Virus record (IMG/VR): IMGVR_UViG_3300025608_000006
Length of the DNA stretch: 64,000 nt
Origin: a virus
Lineage: Duplodnaviria; Caudoviricetes
Reading direction: 5' to 3' (one strand)
Shown: positions 40,812-49,010 of the stretch, in pieces
Position numbering within the stretch: the first letter of the stretch is position 1
How the letters are laid out: each line of letters starts with the position of its first letter
Notes under the pieces: generated by a model
What the model saw: the letters and a program-made list of their open reading frames with translations, nothing else
The model's database searches: none
What the model was told of the DNA's origin: nothing
Program-made: the position numbers and the translations under genes

Positions 40812-41449
40812 AGCTGTGGATATTTGGTGACAGTTATGCACAAGATCACGCGGATGCAACACAGTGGCAGCATCTACTGGCAGATCATTATCAGTGCGAT
40901 ATAGAATTTGATGCAGCAGCAGGACGCAGCAATGAAAGAATACTATGGGGACTGCAACAAGCAGAGGATCGCATACAAGCACAGGACGCAGCAGTGGTGG
41001 TCACCACTGACTGCTTTCGACGATGGTTCTGGCAGGATTATCCTCAATACGCCAACTACTACAATTTAAAAGAAATCGATATGCCCAACACTGCTGCCAA
41101 CTGGCATGCATTGGAACAGTACACACGCTATCTGGTGAACCCCACAGCAGACATCATCAACTATGAATGTCACCTGGCATGGCTGAACAGTCGAGATTAC
41201 CGCACTGTGATTGTTCCCGGATTTAGAAATCTGCCCACAGAACAAGCACTCACTGAGTGTGTGAGCGAACAGGAATTCTTGGACCATCAACATCGCACCA
41301 TGTGGTATCGCAGAGGAGTAGACACTAGACTGAATCATATCAGCAGCTACAACCATGTGATACTAGCAGACAAAATACGCCAGGTGTTGGACGGCGAAGG
41401 TGAGTTGGATCTCACCACAGATTTTCAACAGAAGTTTCTCGCAGCCTAG
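40808..41449 (+). CDS. hypothetical protein, SGNH-hydrolase-like
   Basis: IFGDSY N-terminus, AGRSNE, late NH. Confidence 0.45.
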   Translation: MKLWIFGDSYAQDHADATQWQHLLADHYQCDIEFDAAAGRSNERILWGLQQAEDRIQAQDAAVVVTTDCFRRWFWQDYPQYANYYNLKEIDMPNTAANWHALEQYTRYLVNPTADIINYECHLAWLNSRDYRTVIVPGFRNLPTEQALTECVSEQEFLDHQHRTMWYRRGVDTRLNHISSYNHVILADKIRQVLDGEGELDLTTDFQQKFLAA

Positions 41450-41596
41450 ATCCGAAAGAGCGCGAAGCGCCCTGCGCCAGATTTTCCAAGAAGCCGCGAA
41501 GCGGTATGCGCTTTTTTAGATACTAGCGTATACCCAAAGCACCCAATACAAATGGTGTCTAGCAAGCTCACAGCAGCCCGTACACACACGGTAATA

Positions 41597-41869
41597 CTAA
41601 CTGCGAGTCAACGTAAACCTAGTGTCCGAACACAGTGCTAACTGCGCAACTGTACAGTGCAAGTCTGACTCAAACACTAGTGAATCTTCTGTTGGCTGAA
41701 AACACTTTATATTATTGTTGATGAACAGTTCTATTGACAGTGCATGCACTAGCGCATCAACAGCAACACTGTTGGTAATAGTATGAAAGTTGAATTTGAG
41801 CGTGTGCTGTTGAGTGTTCATACAGTATTTACACAGTAGACTTACAGTGTGCTCACAGTAGTTGTACAC
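41597..41869 (-). CDS. doubtful small ORF
   Basis: 90 aa ORF in otherwise non-coding DNA; no early promoter module. Confidence 0.3.
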   Translation of the reverse strand: MYNYCEHTVSLLCKYCMNTQQHTLKFNFHTITNSVAVDALVHALSIELFINNNIKCFQPTEDSLVFESDLHCTVAQLALCSDTRFTLTRS

Positions 41870-42183
41870 TAGGAGTGAGGTTCGTTTAAGCTACACTAGG
41901 ATGTACTGTGTACATACACGCTCGTTAGCACTCACGTGTGTGTTCGCTTCGCGAGTATAACAGTTGGAAAAGGGTTCTAGCAGATTAAAAAAATTTCTGC
42001 GCAAAAAATTTTGAGATTGATTTCTATTGTGTGTGGAGGTTTTGCACACTAGCGAAAAAGGTTCTTGTAGAGTAGAAAATCTGCGCTGCGGTTTCATTAA
42101 GCATAGTACTTATAGTTTCAACCAGGTGATTTCTTAACCCCCACCCCCCGATGAAAAATTTTTTTTATTTTTTTTTATTTGAC

Positions 42184-42218
42184 AAAAAGAAAAAAGGAAC
42201 AGTGCGAACACTGCTCCC
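42184..42218 (-). terminator. Rho-independent terminator closing the early array
   Basis: Minus strand GGGAGCAGUG-UUCG-CACUGUUCC followed by UUUUUUCUUUUU. Confidence 0.85.
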
Positions 42219-42246
42219 TCTCTTCACTTCCATCCCGAGAAGTTAG

Positions 42247-42612
42247 TTAGTCTGCTCTACTGCCTGCGTAAGCTGTGAAGCCTGCTGCTGAGAACACCTT
42301 AGCTGCTGCGTATGCACCCTGCTCCTTGGTGTACATACACTGTGTGCCTAGCCCACTGGGGTTCCATATGCTGTATGCTCCTGAGTAGTCCTTCTCAAAG
42401 CCTGCTGCCTTCATACGCTTGCCCAGCTTGGTGTTGCCTTTGATGCCGTAGATGTTAACCCAAGCAAAGCCACAGTAGCCTAGCTCACCGTTAGCAGCAA
42501 TGCTGGCTTCAGCTGCATCACGTGCATGCTGTAGTGCCGCAGCCTTAATAGTTTGCAGGTCCTCTACAGTGAGGTCGTTGAGTACAGTAGTTGATGTGTT
42601 GATAGTAGTCAT
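42247..42612 (-). CDS. early hypothetical protein
   Basis: Own promoter module; GYCGFAWVNIYG. Confidence 0.7.
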   Translation of the reverse strand: MTTINTSTTVLNDLTVEDLQTIKAAALQHARDAAEASIAANGELGYCGFAWVNIYGIKGNTKLGKRMKAAGFEKDYSGAYSIWNPSGLGTQCMYTKEQGAYAAAKVFSAAGFTAYAGSRAD

Positions 42613-42674
42613 TTGCTATGCTCCTTAGCGTTAATGTATATACAGTATAGCACCTGTGTGCTGTGTGTCAACCT

Positions 42675-42947
42675 CTAATATTCGTATACAGTTGGCATTG
42701 TCAAGCCCTGGCCTGCACAGTAACGATCCAGTTCCTTGATCACTCTGCCATAGTAGTTGTACTTGTTCTGTGCTTGTGTAGCTGAGATCTCTCCATCGCA
42801 GTGTAGGTTCTCTGGGCTTAGGTCACTGTCTAGGCTACGTGCTAGATCGTTTACTTGTGTTTGGCTAAGTGGGAAGTTGATCTGCGGTGAGTTAAAGAAG
42901 CTACCCCAGGTGTTCTTCTGGTCGATGTATGCTTGTAAGTTTTTCAT
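42675..42947 (-). CDS. early hypothetical protein
   Basis: Own promoter module; LSPENLHCDGEIS. Confidence 0.7.
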   Translation of the reverse strand: MKNLQAYIDQKNTWGSFFNSPQINFPLSQTQVNDLARSLDSDLSPENLHCDGEISATQAQNKYNYYGRVIKELDRYCAGQGLTMPTVYEY

Positions 42948-43012
42948 AGTGTGCCCTCTTTGTTTAACTTATAATACTACTATAACACCAGTTGTTGAGT
43001 TTGTCAACCGTT

Positions 43013-43798
43013 TTAGTAAGAAATTTTTGCCTCATCCAAGCGAGCAGTGATAGCATCGCCGAACTGCCAACCTTCTGGCATAGTGGTGCGCCATCCCAGC
43101 TCAGTGTCAAGACGCAGTGCATCCTTGGGATCGATATAAGCAATAGCAAGATTGTCTTTGAGCATCTCTGCAACTTGTTCTACACTAGCTCCTGACTGAA
43201 ACATTTCAACACTATGCTTGAACAGTAGATCACAAGGTACAATGTGCTCACGGTATGTGCGAACATCTGTAGGTTCATTAATAGTAATATACCGATCCAC
43301 GCAGTCGAACAAGTGACGATGTAGCAATATTGTATTACCATGTTTAGTCACATCTTCAATAAACCTTGCTACGATTTCAAAGTATGGTTTGCCAGCACTA
43401 TCAAATTTCTTCCAACTGCTGGCACCAGCTGGATCCAACAAGTCACAGTCGCTGATCAATTCATACAGTGCAAGGAAGTCATCATCTAGATTGTCGGTTT
43501 CGTAGCGCAGGTTCTTTTGTGAATCGTCTACAGCAAACCCATTATCAGTTAGGTACTCGACTACAATTGGGCGACTCTGATCACCTTTGCCTCCTGGTAG
43601 TCCAACTCCAATCATCAATCGATTGCGAATGTAAAGAACTTCCAATACAACACCTGATTTAAGTGTTTGAGTATAGCAACGCTTGCCTTGACGGTCTTGT
43701 TTACCGCTACCTTCTACTCCTTCGATACTAAATCGGATACTGCTATCCTTTTGATTGATACGAGCGATAAAATCTTTGATACGTTCTTGAGGAGTCAT
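43013..43798 (-). CDS. early hypothetical protein
   Basis: True start MTPQER at 43798 behind a promoter module; C-terminal REHIVP. Confidence 0.65.
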   Translation of the reverse strand: MTPQERIKDFIARINQKDSSIRFSIEGVEGSGKQDRQGKRCYTQTLKSGVVLEVLYIRNRLMIGVGLPGGKGDQSRPIVVEYLTDNGFAVDDSQKNLRYETDNLDDDFLALYELISDCDLLDPAGASSWKKFDSAGKPYFEIVARFIEDVTKHGNTILLHRHLFDCVDRYITINEPTDVRTYREHIVPCDLLFKHSVEMFQSGASVEQVAEMLKDNLAIAYIDPKDALRLDTELGWRTTMPEGWQFGDAITARLDEAKISY

Positions 43799-43864
43799 CT
43801 TGTTGCCCTTTGCCCTAACTGTTATATACAGTATAGCATCTATCTGCTGATTGTCAACCATTAT

Positions 43865-44120
43865 TCAAAAGAAAAAGCCCGGAGCGTATTGGACGAGGGC
43901 ACATCCTGCTCCGGGCTATCCTAAAGGTTATAGAGCGTGAGGGCATACGCTGTTCTATAACCTGTTACCGCACTGTTCTTGGTGACAGCTTCGGCTTATT
44001 GCAGTCTAGGGACGAGGGCACATCCTTCGACTGTTTGAGCTAGCGCGAACGAGGGCACATTCGTTCTAGCTCAGGTTGGACTGCACCGCAGGGTGCGCTA
44101 CAGTCCTACAGTGTTGCGGA
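43865..44120 (-). ncRNA. Putative multi-hairpin regulatory RNA with UGCCCU(C) loops
   Basis: Four hairpins with different stems share one loop (plus-strand GAGGGCA at 43895, 43939, 44014, 44051); the last hairpin is followed by a U-tract on the minus strand. Confidence 0.6.
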
Positions 44121-44123
44121 GCT

Positions 44124-45125
44124 CTATGCTCGACGCATCACCGTATTCTCTGCCATCGCTTCCCACTTGTCGGGGAAAGCGCCAGCTAGGTCTGCTACCT
44201 TGAGCACTGTGCGCAGCGATAGCTCACGCAGCTTGCTCTTGTTGATCTCTACGAAATCCATGATCTCCGTCTTGACTTCTTCTGACAGTTTACGGTCATC
44301 CAACATGCCATCTTGTACCACTTGCTTGATGCGCAGTACTTTGTCCTTGTCACTATCAATAGTCAAGTCCATGTAGTGACAGCGGCTCTCCAGTGCTTCC
44401 AAGTGCTCACGCAGCTTGCCTTTTACCTTATCGAACTTCAAGTTAGTGATAAAGATAGCACTAGCTTCGAACTTGAACTTGTCTGGCACACCTTCGTTGC
44501 GCAGCTTGAAGCTGTCAGTGTTCCAGTGGATCCAACGATTCTTCTTTGAGTCCAATGCTGCTTTCAAGATGTTCAAGCTTAGGTCATCTTGGAAGATGCT
44601 GTCACAGTCATCGAACACCACTACCTTGCCTTTGTCTGCCATGTTGAACAGTTTGCAGTAGAGTCCAATTGGGCTCATAGCGCCTTTGATAACTTCGTGT
44701 GTCTTGCCTGCACCTAGTGTTTCCATAGTTGCATAGCGATCCAGCACTTCTTCAACACCATGGCTCTTGCCCACGCCCGGAGGACCTGAAACGATCATAG
44801 CGCGAACGTTTCCTTTCTTTACCGCTTTGGTCATGTCTTTGAGCATATCAAAACGTTCGCGGATGCGCTCTACAATCTCAGCGTCTGACTCCTCAGGCAA
44901 ATCGTTCTTCTCTGCTTCACCGACCAACTCGTAGTCCTCCGGGCTGCTGCATTTGATCTTGATGTTGCGGTTGGGCAAGCCTGTCACAGGAGTTGCGTCA
45001 ACTGTGACTGCGCCGCCGCTGGTTCCCATAGTAAACTCTTTGGCCATTGGGAATACAATACCGCTCATGTCTGTTTCTTTTCCACGTAGTCTATAAGTAC
45101 CATTTACAATCTTAATGTTCTGCAT
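44124..45125 (-). CDS. AAA-family P-loop ATPase
   Basis: SGPPGVGKS Walker A, VVVFDDCD Walker B, FITN sensor, ALESRC arginine finger. Confidence 0.85.
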   Translation of the reverse strand: MQNIKIVNGTYRLRGKETDMSGIVFPMAKEFTMGTSGGAVTVDATPVTGLPNRNIKIKCSSPEDYELVGEAEKNDLPEESDAEIVERIRERFDMLKDMTKAVKKGNVRAMIVSGPPGVGKSHGVEEVLDRYATMETLGAGKTHEVIKGAMSPIGLYCKLFNMADKGKVVVFDDCDSIFQDDLSLNILKAALDSKKNRWIHWNTDSFKLRNEGVPDKFKFEASAIFITNLKFDKVKGKLREHLEALESRCHYMDLTIDSDKDKVLRIKQVVQDGMLDDRKLSEEVKTEIMDFVEINKSKLRELSLRTVLKVADLAGAFPDKWEAMAENTVMRRA

Positions 45126-45193
45126 GTGTTTGCCCTCATGTGTTTGTTTAACTTATATACAGTATAGCATCAATCTAACGTTTGTCAACCACT

Positions 45194-45370
45194 TTATGTA
45201 AATATTAGATAAAGAATTCCAAGTACTGCAATCACCACAGCAGGTGGTACCAGTGTGAAGATCAAGCTGTGAACACACTGTTCCCAAAAGCCCACGTACT
45301 CGTTGCAGTTGTGACACTGTGGAGCAAAGAAGTTCTTATCCATTTGATGACAGTTTGGACATACGCTCAT
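45194..45370 (-). CDS. small Zn-ribbon membrane protein
   Basis: MSVCPNC...QCHNC followed by a hydrophobic C-terminal helix; AGGAG RBS. Confidence 0.55.
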   Translation of the reverse strand: MSVCPNCHQMDKNFFAPQCHNCNEYVGFWEQCVHSLIFTLVPPAVVIAVLGILYLIFT

Positions 45371-45371
45371 C

Positions 45372-45509
45372 TTATAATACTCCTACAAAGGATGGTTGAA
45401 GGACAGCACCTGCCCACATAAGTCCTGCGCCAAGCCATATCAGTATTGCACTCAGCAAGCCTGTTTGCCACAGCACCAAAAGGATTACTAGTTTGATCAG
45501 CGTTCCCAT
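45372..45509 (-). CDS. small membrane protein
   Basis: MGTLIKLVILLVLWQTGLLSAILIWLGAGLMWAGAVL. Confidence 0.5.
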   Translation of the reverse strand: MGTLIKLVILLVLWQTGLLSAILIWLGAGLMWAGAVLQPSFVGVL

Positions 45510-45510
45510 C

Positions 45511-45786
45511 TTAGCGATCCTTGCGATCAATAGTGATCGTTCCCTGCATCCATGATACAATCAACTCACGGTCTTCATCTGAGAAGTCTTTAGCAGTTGT
45601 ACCAAACGTAGCGCCAAAGTGTGTGAGCGCATTGCCCACATGGCTTAGGTTGTTGAGTGTGCGCAAGCCATCTTCAGTCACAGGGCCAAGTCCGTGAATC
45701 TTACCGTACTCTTCTGAGTAGTTCATCATCTCACGTCCGATAGTAGCCAGTTGCTTCTGTTCAGTTGTTGCTTCGAAAAATGCCAT
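45511..45786 (-). CDS. early hypothetical protein
   Basis: Own promoter module. Confidence 0.65.
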   Translation of the reverse strand: MAFFEATTEQKQLATIGREMMNYSEEYGKIHGLGPVTEDGLRTLNNLSHVGNALTHFGATFGTTAKDFSDEDRELIVSWMQGTITIDRKDR

Positions 45787-45896
45787 TGTGTTTGCCCTTT
45801 ATCTAATTGTTATATACAGTATAGCTTCACTTGCGGAGTTTGTCAACCCCTAATTTGGAAGTCCGCCATTCCAGTCATCACAGGGATCATCATACA

Positions 45897-46115
45897 TTAT
45901 TCGTCCTCCTGTTCACGACCTTGTGCAAAGTCCAACAAGTCTGCTGCCAATGCTGCTGCTTGTGCGCGAGTCAACTGCACCCAGCTAAACGGGCCGCCTT
46001 CGCTCCAGCTGCCTACTTTGCTCTGTGTCAATTGCACACAAGTGCCTCGGTCGCTGCCTCCAAAGAAGCGTGTCATTGTTACGCCTTCTGCGTGTGTTTT
46101 CAATTCTGTTGACAT
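45897..46115 (-). CDS. early hypothetical protein
   Basis: Own promoter module; RFFGGSDRGTCVQLTQ. Confidence 0.65.
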   Translation of the reverse strand: MSTELKTHAEGVTMTRFFGGSDRGTCVQLTQSKVGSWSEGGPFSWVQLTRAQAAALAADLLDFAQGREQEDE

Positions 46116-46180
46116 CGTGTGCTCCTCTAATGTCTAACTTATACATACACTATAGCACCACTGTGCTAGTTTGTCAACCA

Positions 46181-46345
46181 CAAAAGTAGCAGGAGGAGTA
46201 CTTTTTTTGATCGAGGGCACAATCAAATGTTCCTCTACTCCTGCTATTTGTCCGGGCTCTGGGGCAAGTCTATTAATAGTCCCCAGCGCCGACAGTCGCT
46301 ATGTGATCTGTGCTTCACGGTTATTAGCACGAGCGCTGTCTACTC
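46181..46345 (-). ncRNA. Putative structured RNA 3' of the tRNA cluster, ending in a UGCCCU-loop hairpin
   Basis: Stems GACAG/CTGTC, GTGCT/AGCAC, CTGGGG/CCCCAG and TAGCAGGAG/CTCCTGCTA enclosing TTTGAT-TG-TGCCCT-CG-ATCAAA. Confidence 0.5.
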
Positions 46346-46349
46346 AGTT

Positions 46350-46426
46350 TGGCCTCCCCTGCAGGATTCGAACCTGCGACCCACAGCTTAGAAGGCTGTT
46401 GCTCTATCCAGCTGAGCTAAGGAGAG
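46350..46426 (-). tRNA. tRNA-Arg(UCU)
   Basis: CTCTCCTTAGCTCAG...ACAGC-CTTCTAA-GCTGT...GGTTCGAATCC...GGCCA; encoded CCA. Confidence 0.95.
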
Positions 46427-46430
46427 TATA

Positions 46431-46507
46431 TGGTGGGCCCACCGAGACTCGAACTCGGAACCTACGGATTATGAGTCCGGTGCTCTAACCAATTGAGCTA
46501 TAGGCCC
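46431..46507 (-). tRNA. tRNA with CAU anticodon, probably Ile2 (lysidine) rather than Met
   Basis: GGGCCTATAGCTCAATTGG...CTCATAA...GTTCGAG...GGGCCCACCA; acceptor stem resembles bacterial tRNA-Ile2. Confidence 0.85.
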
Positions 46508-46513
46508 TGTCTT

Positions 46514-46598
46514 TGGTGCTCCCTGTCGGACTTGAACCGACATGCCTTGCGGCGACAGATTTTAAGTCTGTTGTGTATACCTATTCCACCAAGGGAGC
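46514..46598 (-). tRNA. tRNA-Leu(UAA)
   Basis: 85 nt with long variable arm; ACAGA-CTTAAAA-TCTGT; encoded CCA. Confidence 0.93.
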
Positions 46599-46612
46599 GA
46601 ATTCTGTTTTAC

Positions 46613-46771
46613 TTATGCCCCATCATCCATTTCTAATTCAAACTCTGAAGCCATATCTTCTTCAATAGCTTCAGCAAGTGCTTCATACTTGGCTCGCAGT
46701 TCGCTTACCTGCCGCAGCGACAGCACACGATCCAAGTCTTTGATAACATCTTGTAGTGTAATATAATCCAT
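46613..46771 (-). CDS. small acidic hypothetical protein
   Basis: MDYITLQDVIKDLDRV...; TAATG coupling with the upstream gene. Confidence 0.55.
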   Translation of the reverse strand: MDYITLQDVIKDLDRVLSLRQVSELRAKYEALAEAIEEDMASEFELEMDDGA

Positions 46772-46968
46772 TACTGCACCCATACGTGGTTGAATTTGGT
46801 TGGAAGGTTATCACAGCTGAAGATCTCATCTGTGTAGTTAACGACTTTGACGCACTCATTTGTTGCGTAGCTAACATGGACATCTGGCGCACTCAACGCT
46901 GAGTTCATTGCGTATCCTAGTCCTGCTAACATAGTCCCTGCAAACGCGATAGTAAAAACTGCTTTCAT
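46771..46968 (-). CDS. early membrane-anchored hypothetical protein
   Basis: Own promoter module; N-terminal hydrophobic helix; CVKV...C. Confidence 0.65.
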   Translation of the reverse strand: MKAVFTIAFAGTMLAGLGYAMNSALSAPDVHVSYATNECVKVVNYTDEIFSCDNLPTKFNHVWVQ

Positions 46969-47042
46969 TGTCGTTGCCCTTTTGCTTAACTGTTATATAC
47001 AGTATAGCGCCGAAACGCTATACTGTCAACACCTAATTTGCC

Positions 47043-47291
47043 TTATTCAGCAAAAACTTTTGCACGTGATCCTGTGATGTCACGAGCACTTACTGCATAG
47101 CGAGCCTTGCCCGTTGTAGCAGTGTCCACACGCACGTTCAATCCAGCAGCTCGCAAGTCGCTGATTCGTGCAGTTAGATTTTGGATTCCGAAACGTGCCT
47201 TTGCATCAGCAGCAGTGATTGTCTTGCCAGTGCCACGCAGGTAAGTTTCAAGGAATGCAGTTTGGTTTGATTTAATAGTAGTAAAGCTCAT
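47043..47291 (-). CDS. small helix-turn-helix DNA-binding protein
   Basis: LETYLRGTGKTITAADAKARFGIQNLTARISDLRAAG winged-HTH-like pattern. Confidence 0.65.
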   Translation of the reverse strand: MSFTTIKSNQTAFLETYLRGTGKTITAADAKARFGIQNLTARISDLRAAGLNVRVDTATTGKARYAVSARDITGSRAKVFAE

Positions 47292-47390
47292 AATATGTAC
47301 CCTTTAGAAAGTTTAGTTTAAAGTTTGCCTATCAACACTTTTTGCTCCAGTGTCTATATAGTATAGCACCTTTGCGGGATATGTCAACCC

Positions 47391-47585
47391 CTAATTGAAC
47401 ATATCGTCCCAAGCATCTTCAGTGATGCCAGTCTTGATGAACTCACGCTCACCAGCTGTTAGTTGGGGGAATGCATCCTGTACCAACAGTTTGCCTTCAA
47501 AGTAGGCTTCAACCTGCTCGTAGGTTACGTCAAGATCCATGGTGTTCTCTTGGCCGTTGAATGGATTAGTACGTGTGATTTTCAT
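47391..47585 (-). CDS. early hypothetical protein
   Basis: Own promoter module; QDAFPQLTAGEREFIKTGIT. Confidence 0.7.
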   Translation of the reverse strand: MKITRTNPFNGQENTMDLDVTYEQVEAYFEGKLLVQDAFPQLTAGEREFIKTGITEDAWDDMFN

Positions 47586-47650
47586 AGTGTTTGCCCTTTT
47601 CCCTAACTGTTATATACAGTATAGCATCAATTGAGGATTTGTCAACCTCT

Positions 47651-47848
47651 TTATGCAGTTTTAGTGCCAGTCTTTAGATTATATTCAAAGCGCAGACCGC
47701 CCAGTACATCACGACAGCGGATGTAATCATAGTAGCCTTGTGCCTTCATTGCTTGATGAACAGCCTTGCCATCCGCAGCGTTTGATACAGTGTCTACCCA
47801 CTGCTCTGCACCACCGTCTTTGATTCCGAATATTTTGTAGCTTCTCAT
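47651..47848 (-). CDS. early hypothetical protein
   Basis: Own promoter module. Confidence 0.65.
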   Translation of the reverse strand: MRSYKIFGIKDGGAEQWVDTVSNAADGKAVHQAMKAQGYYDYIRCRDVLGGLRFEYNLKTGTKTA

Positions 47849-48062
47849 CGTATTGCCCTTTGCCCTAACTGTTATATACAGTATAGCACACTCTACGGAT
47901 TTGTCAACCCCTAATTGTCACTAACAATAAATTCACGCTCTTCTGGCAGGTATGCTATCAGCACATCTTTGGGCACTCGTTGCAGCATCTCGTAGAGTGC
48001 AGTTGTGTCCCGATCTTCGAGGTCGTTCTCTATCTGGTGAATCACTTCGTCCCACAGGTCCA

Positions 48063-48344
48063 TCATAGCGCATACTCCTTATTGGATTTCAACTGCCACT
48101 TCTCTAACACAGGCAAGCCGTATTCATCTTCGTCCACAACCACATAGGCAACTGTCTTCTTGACTGTGCCATAACGGTAGCCAGTCATGCCAGCAACACC
48201 GCCACCACCTACCCATATCTTGTGCAGCGTGTCCTCATTGCAGTTGTTCAACGGATCATCGTTGACACTATACTCGAAGTAATTGCCTGTGTCCTTCTCA
48301 ACGAAGCAACCTATTGGATCTTTGGTGTAGGTGTAGTATGCCAT
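48063..48344 (-). CDS. early hypothetical protein
   Basis: Own promoter module; TVKKTVAYVVVDEDEYG. Confidence 0.65.
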   Translation of the reverse strand: MAYYTYTKDPIGCFVEKDTGNYFEYSVNDDPLNNCNEDTLHKIWVGGGGVAGMTGYRYGTVKKTVAYVVVDEDEYGLPVLEKWQLKSNKEYAL

Positions 48345-48443
48345 GTCTTGCCCTCATTGCCTAACTGTTATATACAGTATATGCTCTAATAGGGGATCTG
48401 TCAACCATTATTTGGAAAAAAGATCCCCTTTAGAATCAATAGC

Positions 48444-49010
48444 TTACAAGCCTGTGGGTGCTAGGTTTACTTCTTCGTCTTCATCCTCTTCTTCTTCCAT
48501 TTCCTCATACTCTGCAAGACGCTCGTCTAGAGCATATTCGTCCACAAGATACTCTGGGATCATGTTGCGAACAGTGTCTGAGGTTGCACCTGAATAGTCA
48601 TAGTGGTCGTCAGCACCTTCTGAATCCCAGTAGCCAACGAAGCACATACCGCCTTCTTCGTAGTATGCTTCTAGGTATACGCCGTCCATGTCATCACAGA
48701 ACGCTGAGTAAGCGTCAATGGGCGGGCTCCAAGCCGAATCAAACCAACCTGTGATCTCACTAGTGCCGTCACCGTTGTCTGTGAACTCAAGACCTTCAGT
48801 ATCAACATCCCACTTGGTCCCCCAGTTAGTGACACACCAGTCATACCAGTTAGGCCCGTCACTAGGAGCAGTTGTCCCTTCTAGTTCCTTAGGCATAGGA
48901 ATCATTGCGTTCAACAAGCCGCTGCCTTCTTGATTAGCGTCTTCCCACAGTTCCTTGATAGTCTCTGTGGAACCTTTGATTGTGATTGAGTTGTTGCACC
49001 AGTTAGGCAT
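48444..49010 (-). CDS. MPNWC-type (DUF1281/YubB ferredoxin-like) protein
   Basis: MPNWCNN, WYDWCVTNWGTKWD, FDSAWSPP, YYEEG. Confidence 0.7.
   Translation of the reverse strand: MPNWCNNSITIKGSTETIKELWEDANQEGSGLLNAMIPMPKELEGTTAPSDGPNWYDWCVTNWGTKWDVDTEGLEFTDNGDGTSEITGWFDSAWSPPIDAYSAFCDDMDGVYLEAYYEEGGMCFVGYWDSEGADDHYDYSGATSDTVRNMIPEYLVDEYALDERLAEYEEMEEEEDEDEEVNLAPTGL

Noticed and set aside
1408-41356. Numerous short antisense or alternate-frame ORFs in the track overlapping core genes
   Set aside because: They are shadows of well-supported genes, with no RBS or motifs.
42137-42149. G-quadruplex from GGGGGGTGGGGG on the minus strand
   Set aside because: Only two long G-runs are present, not enough for a confident intramolecular three-tier G4.
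43865-44120. CRISPR mini-array
   Set aside because: The shared unit is only about 10 nt and sits in hairpin loops; the flanks are self-complementary stems, not spacers; no cas genes.
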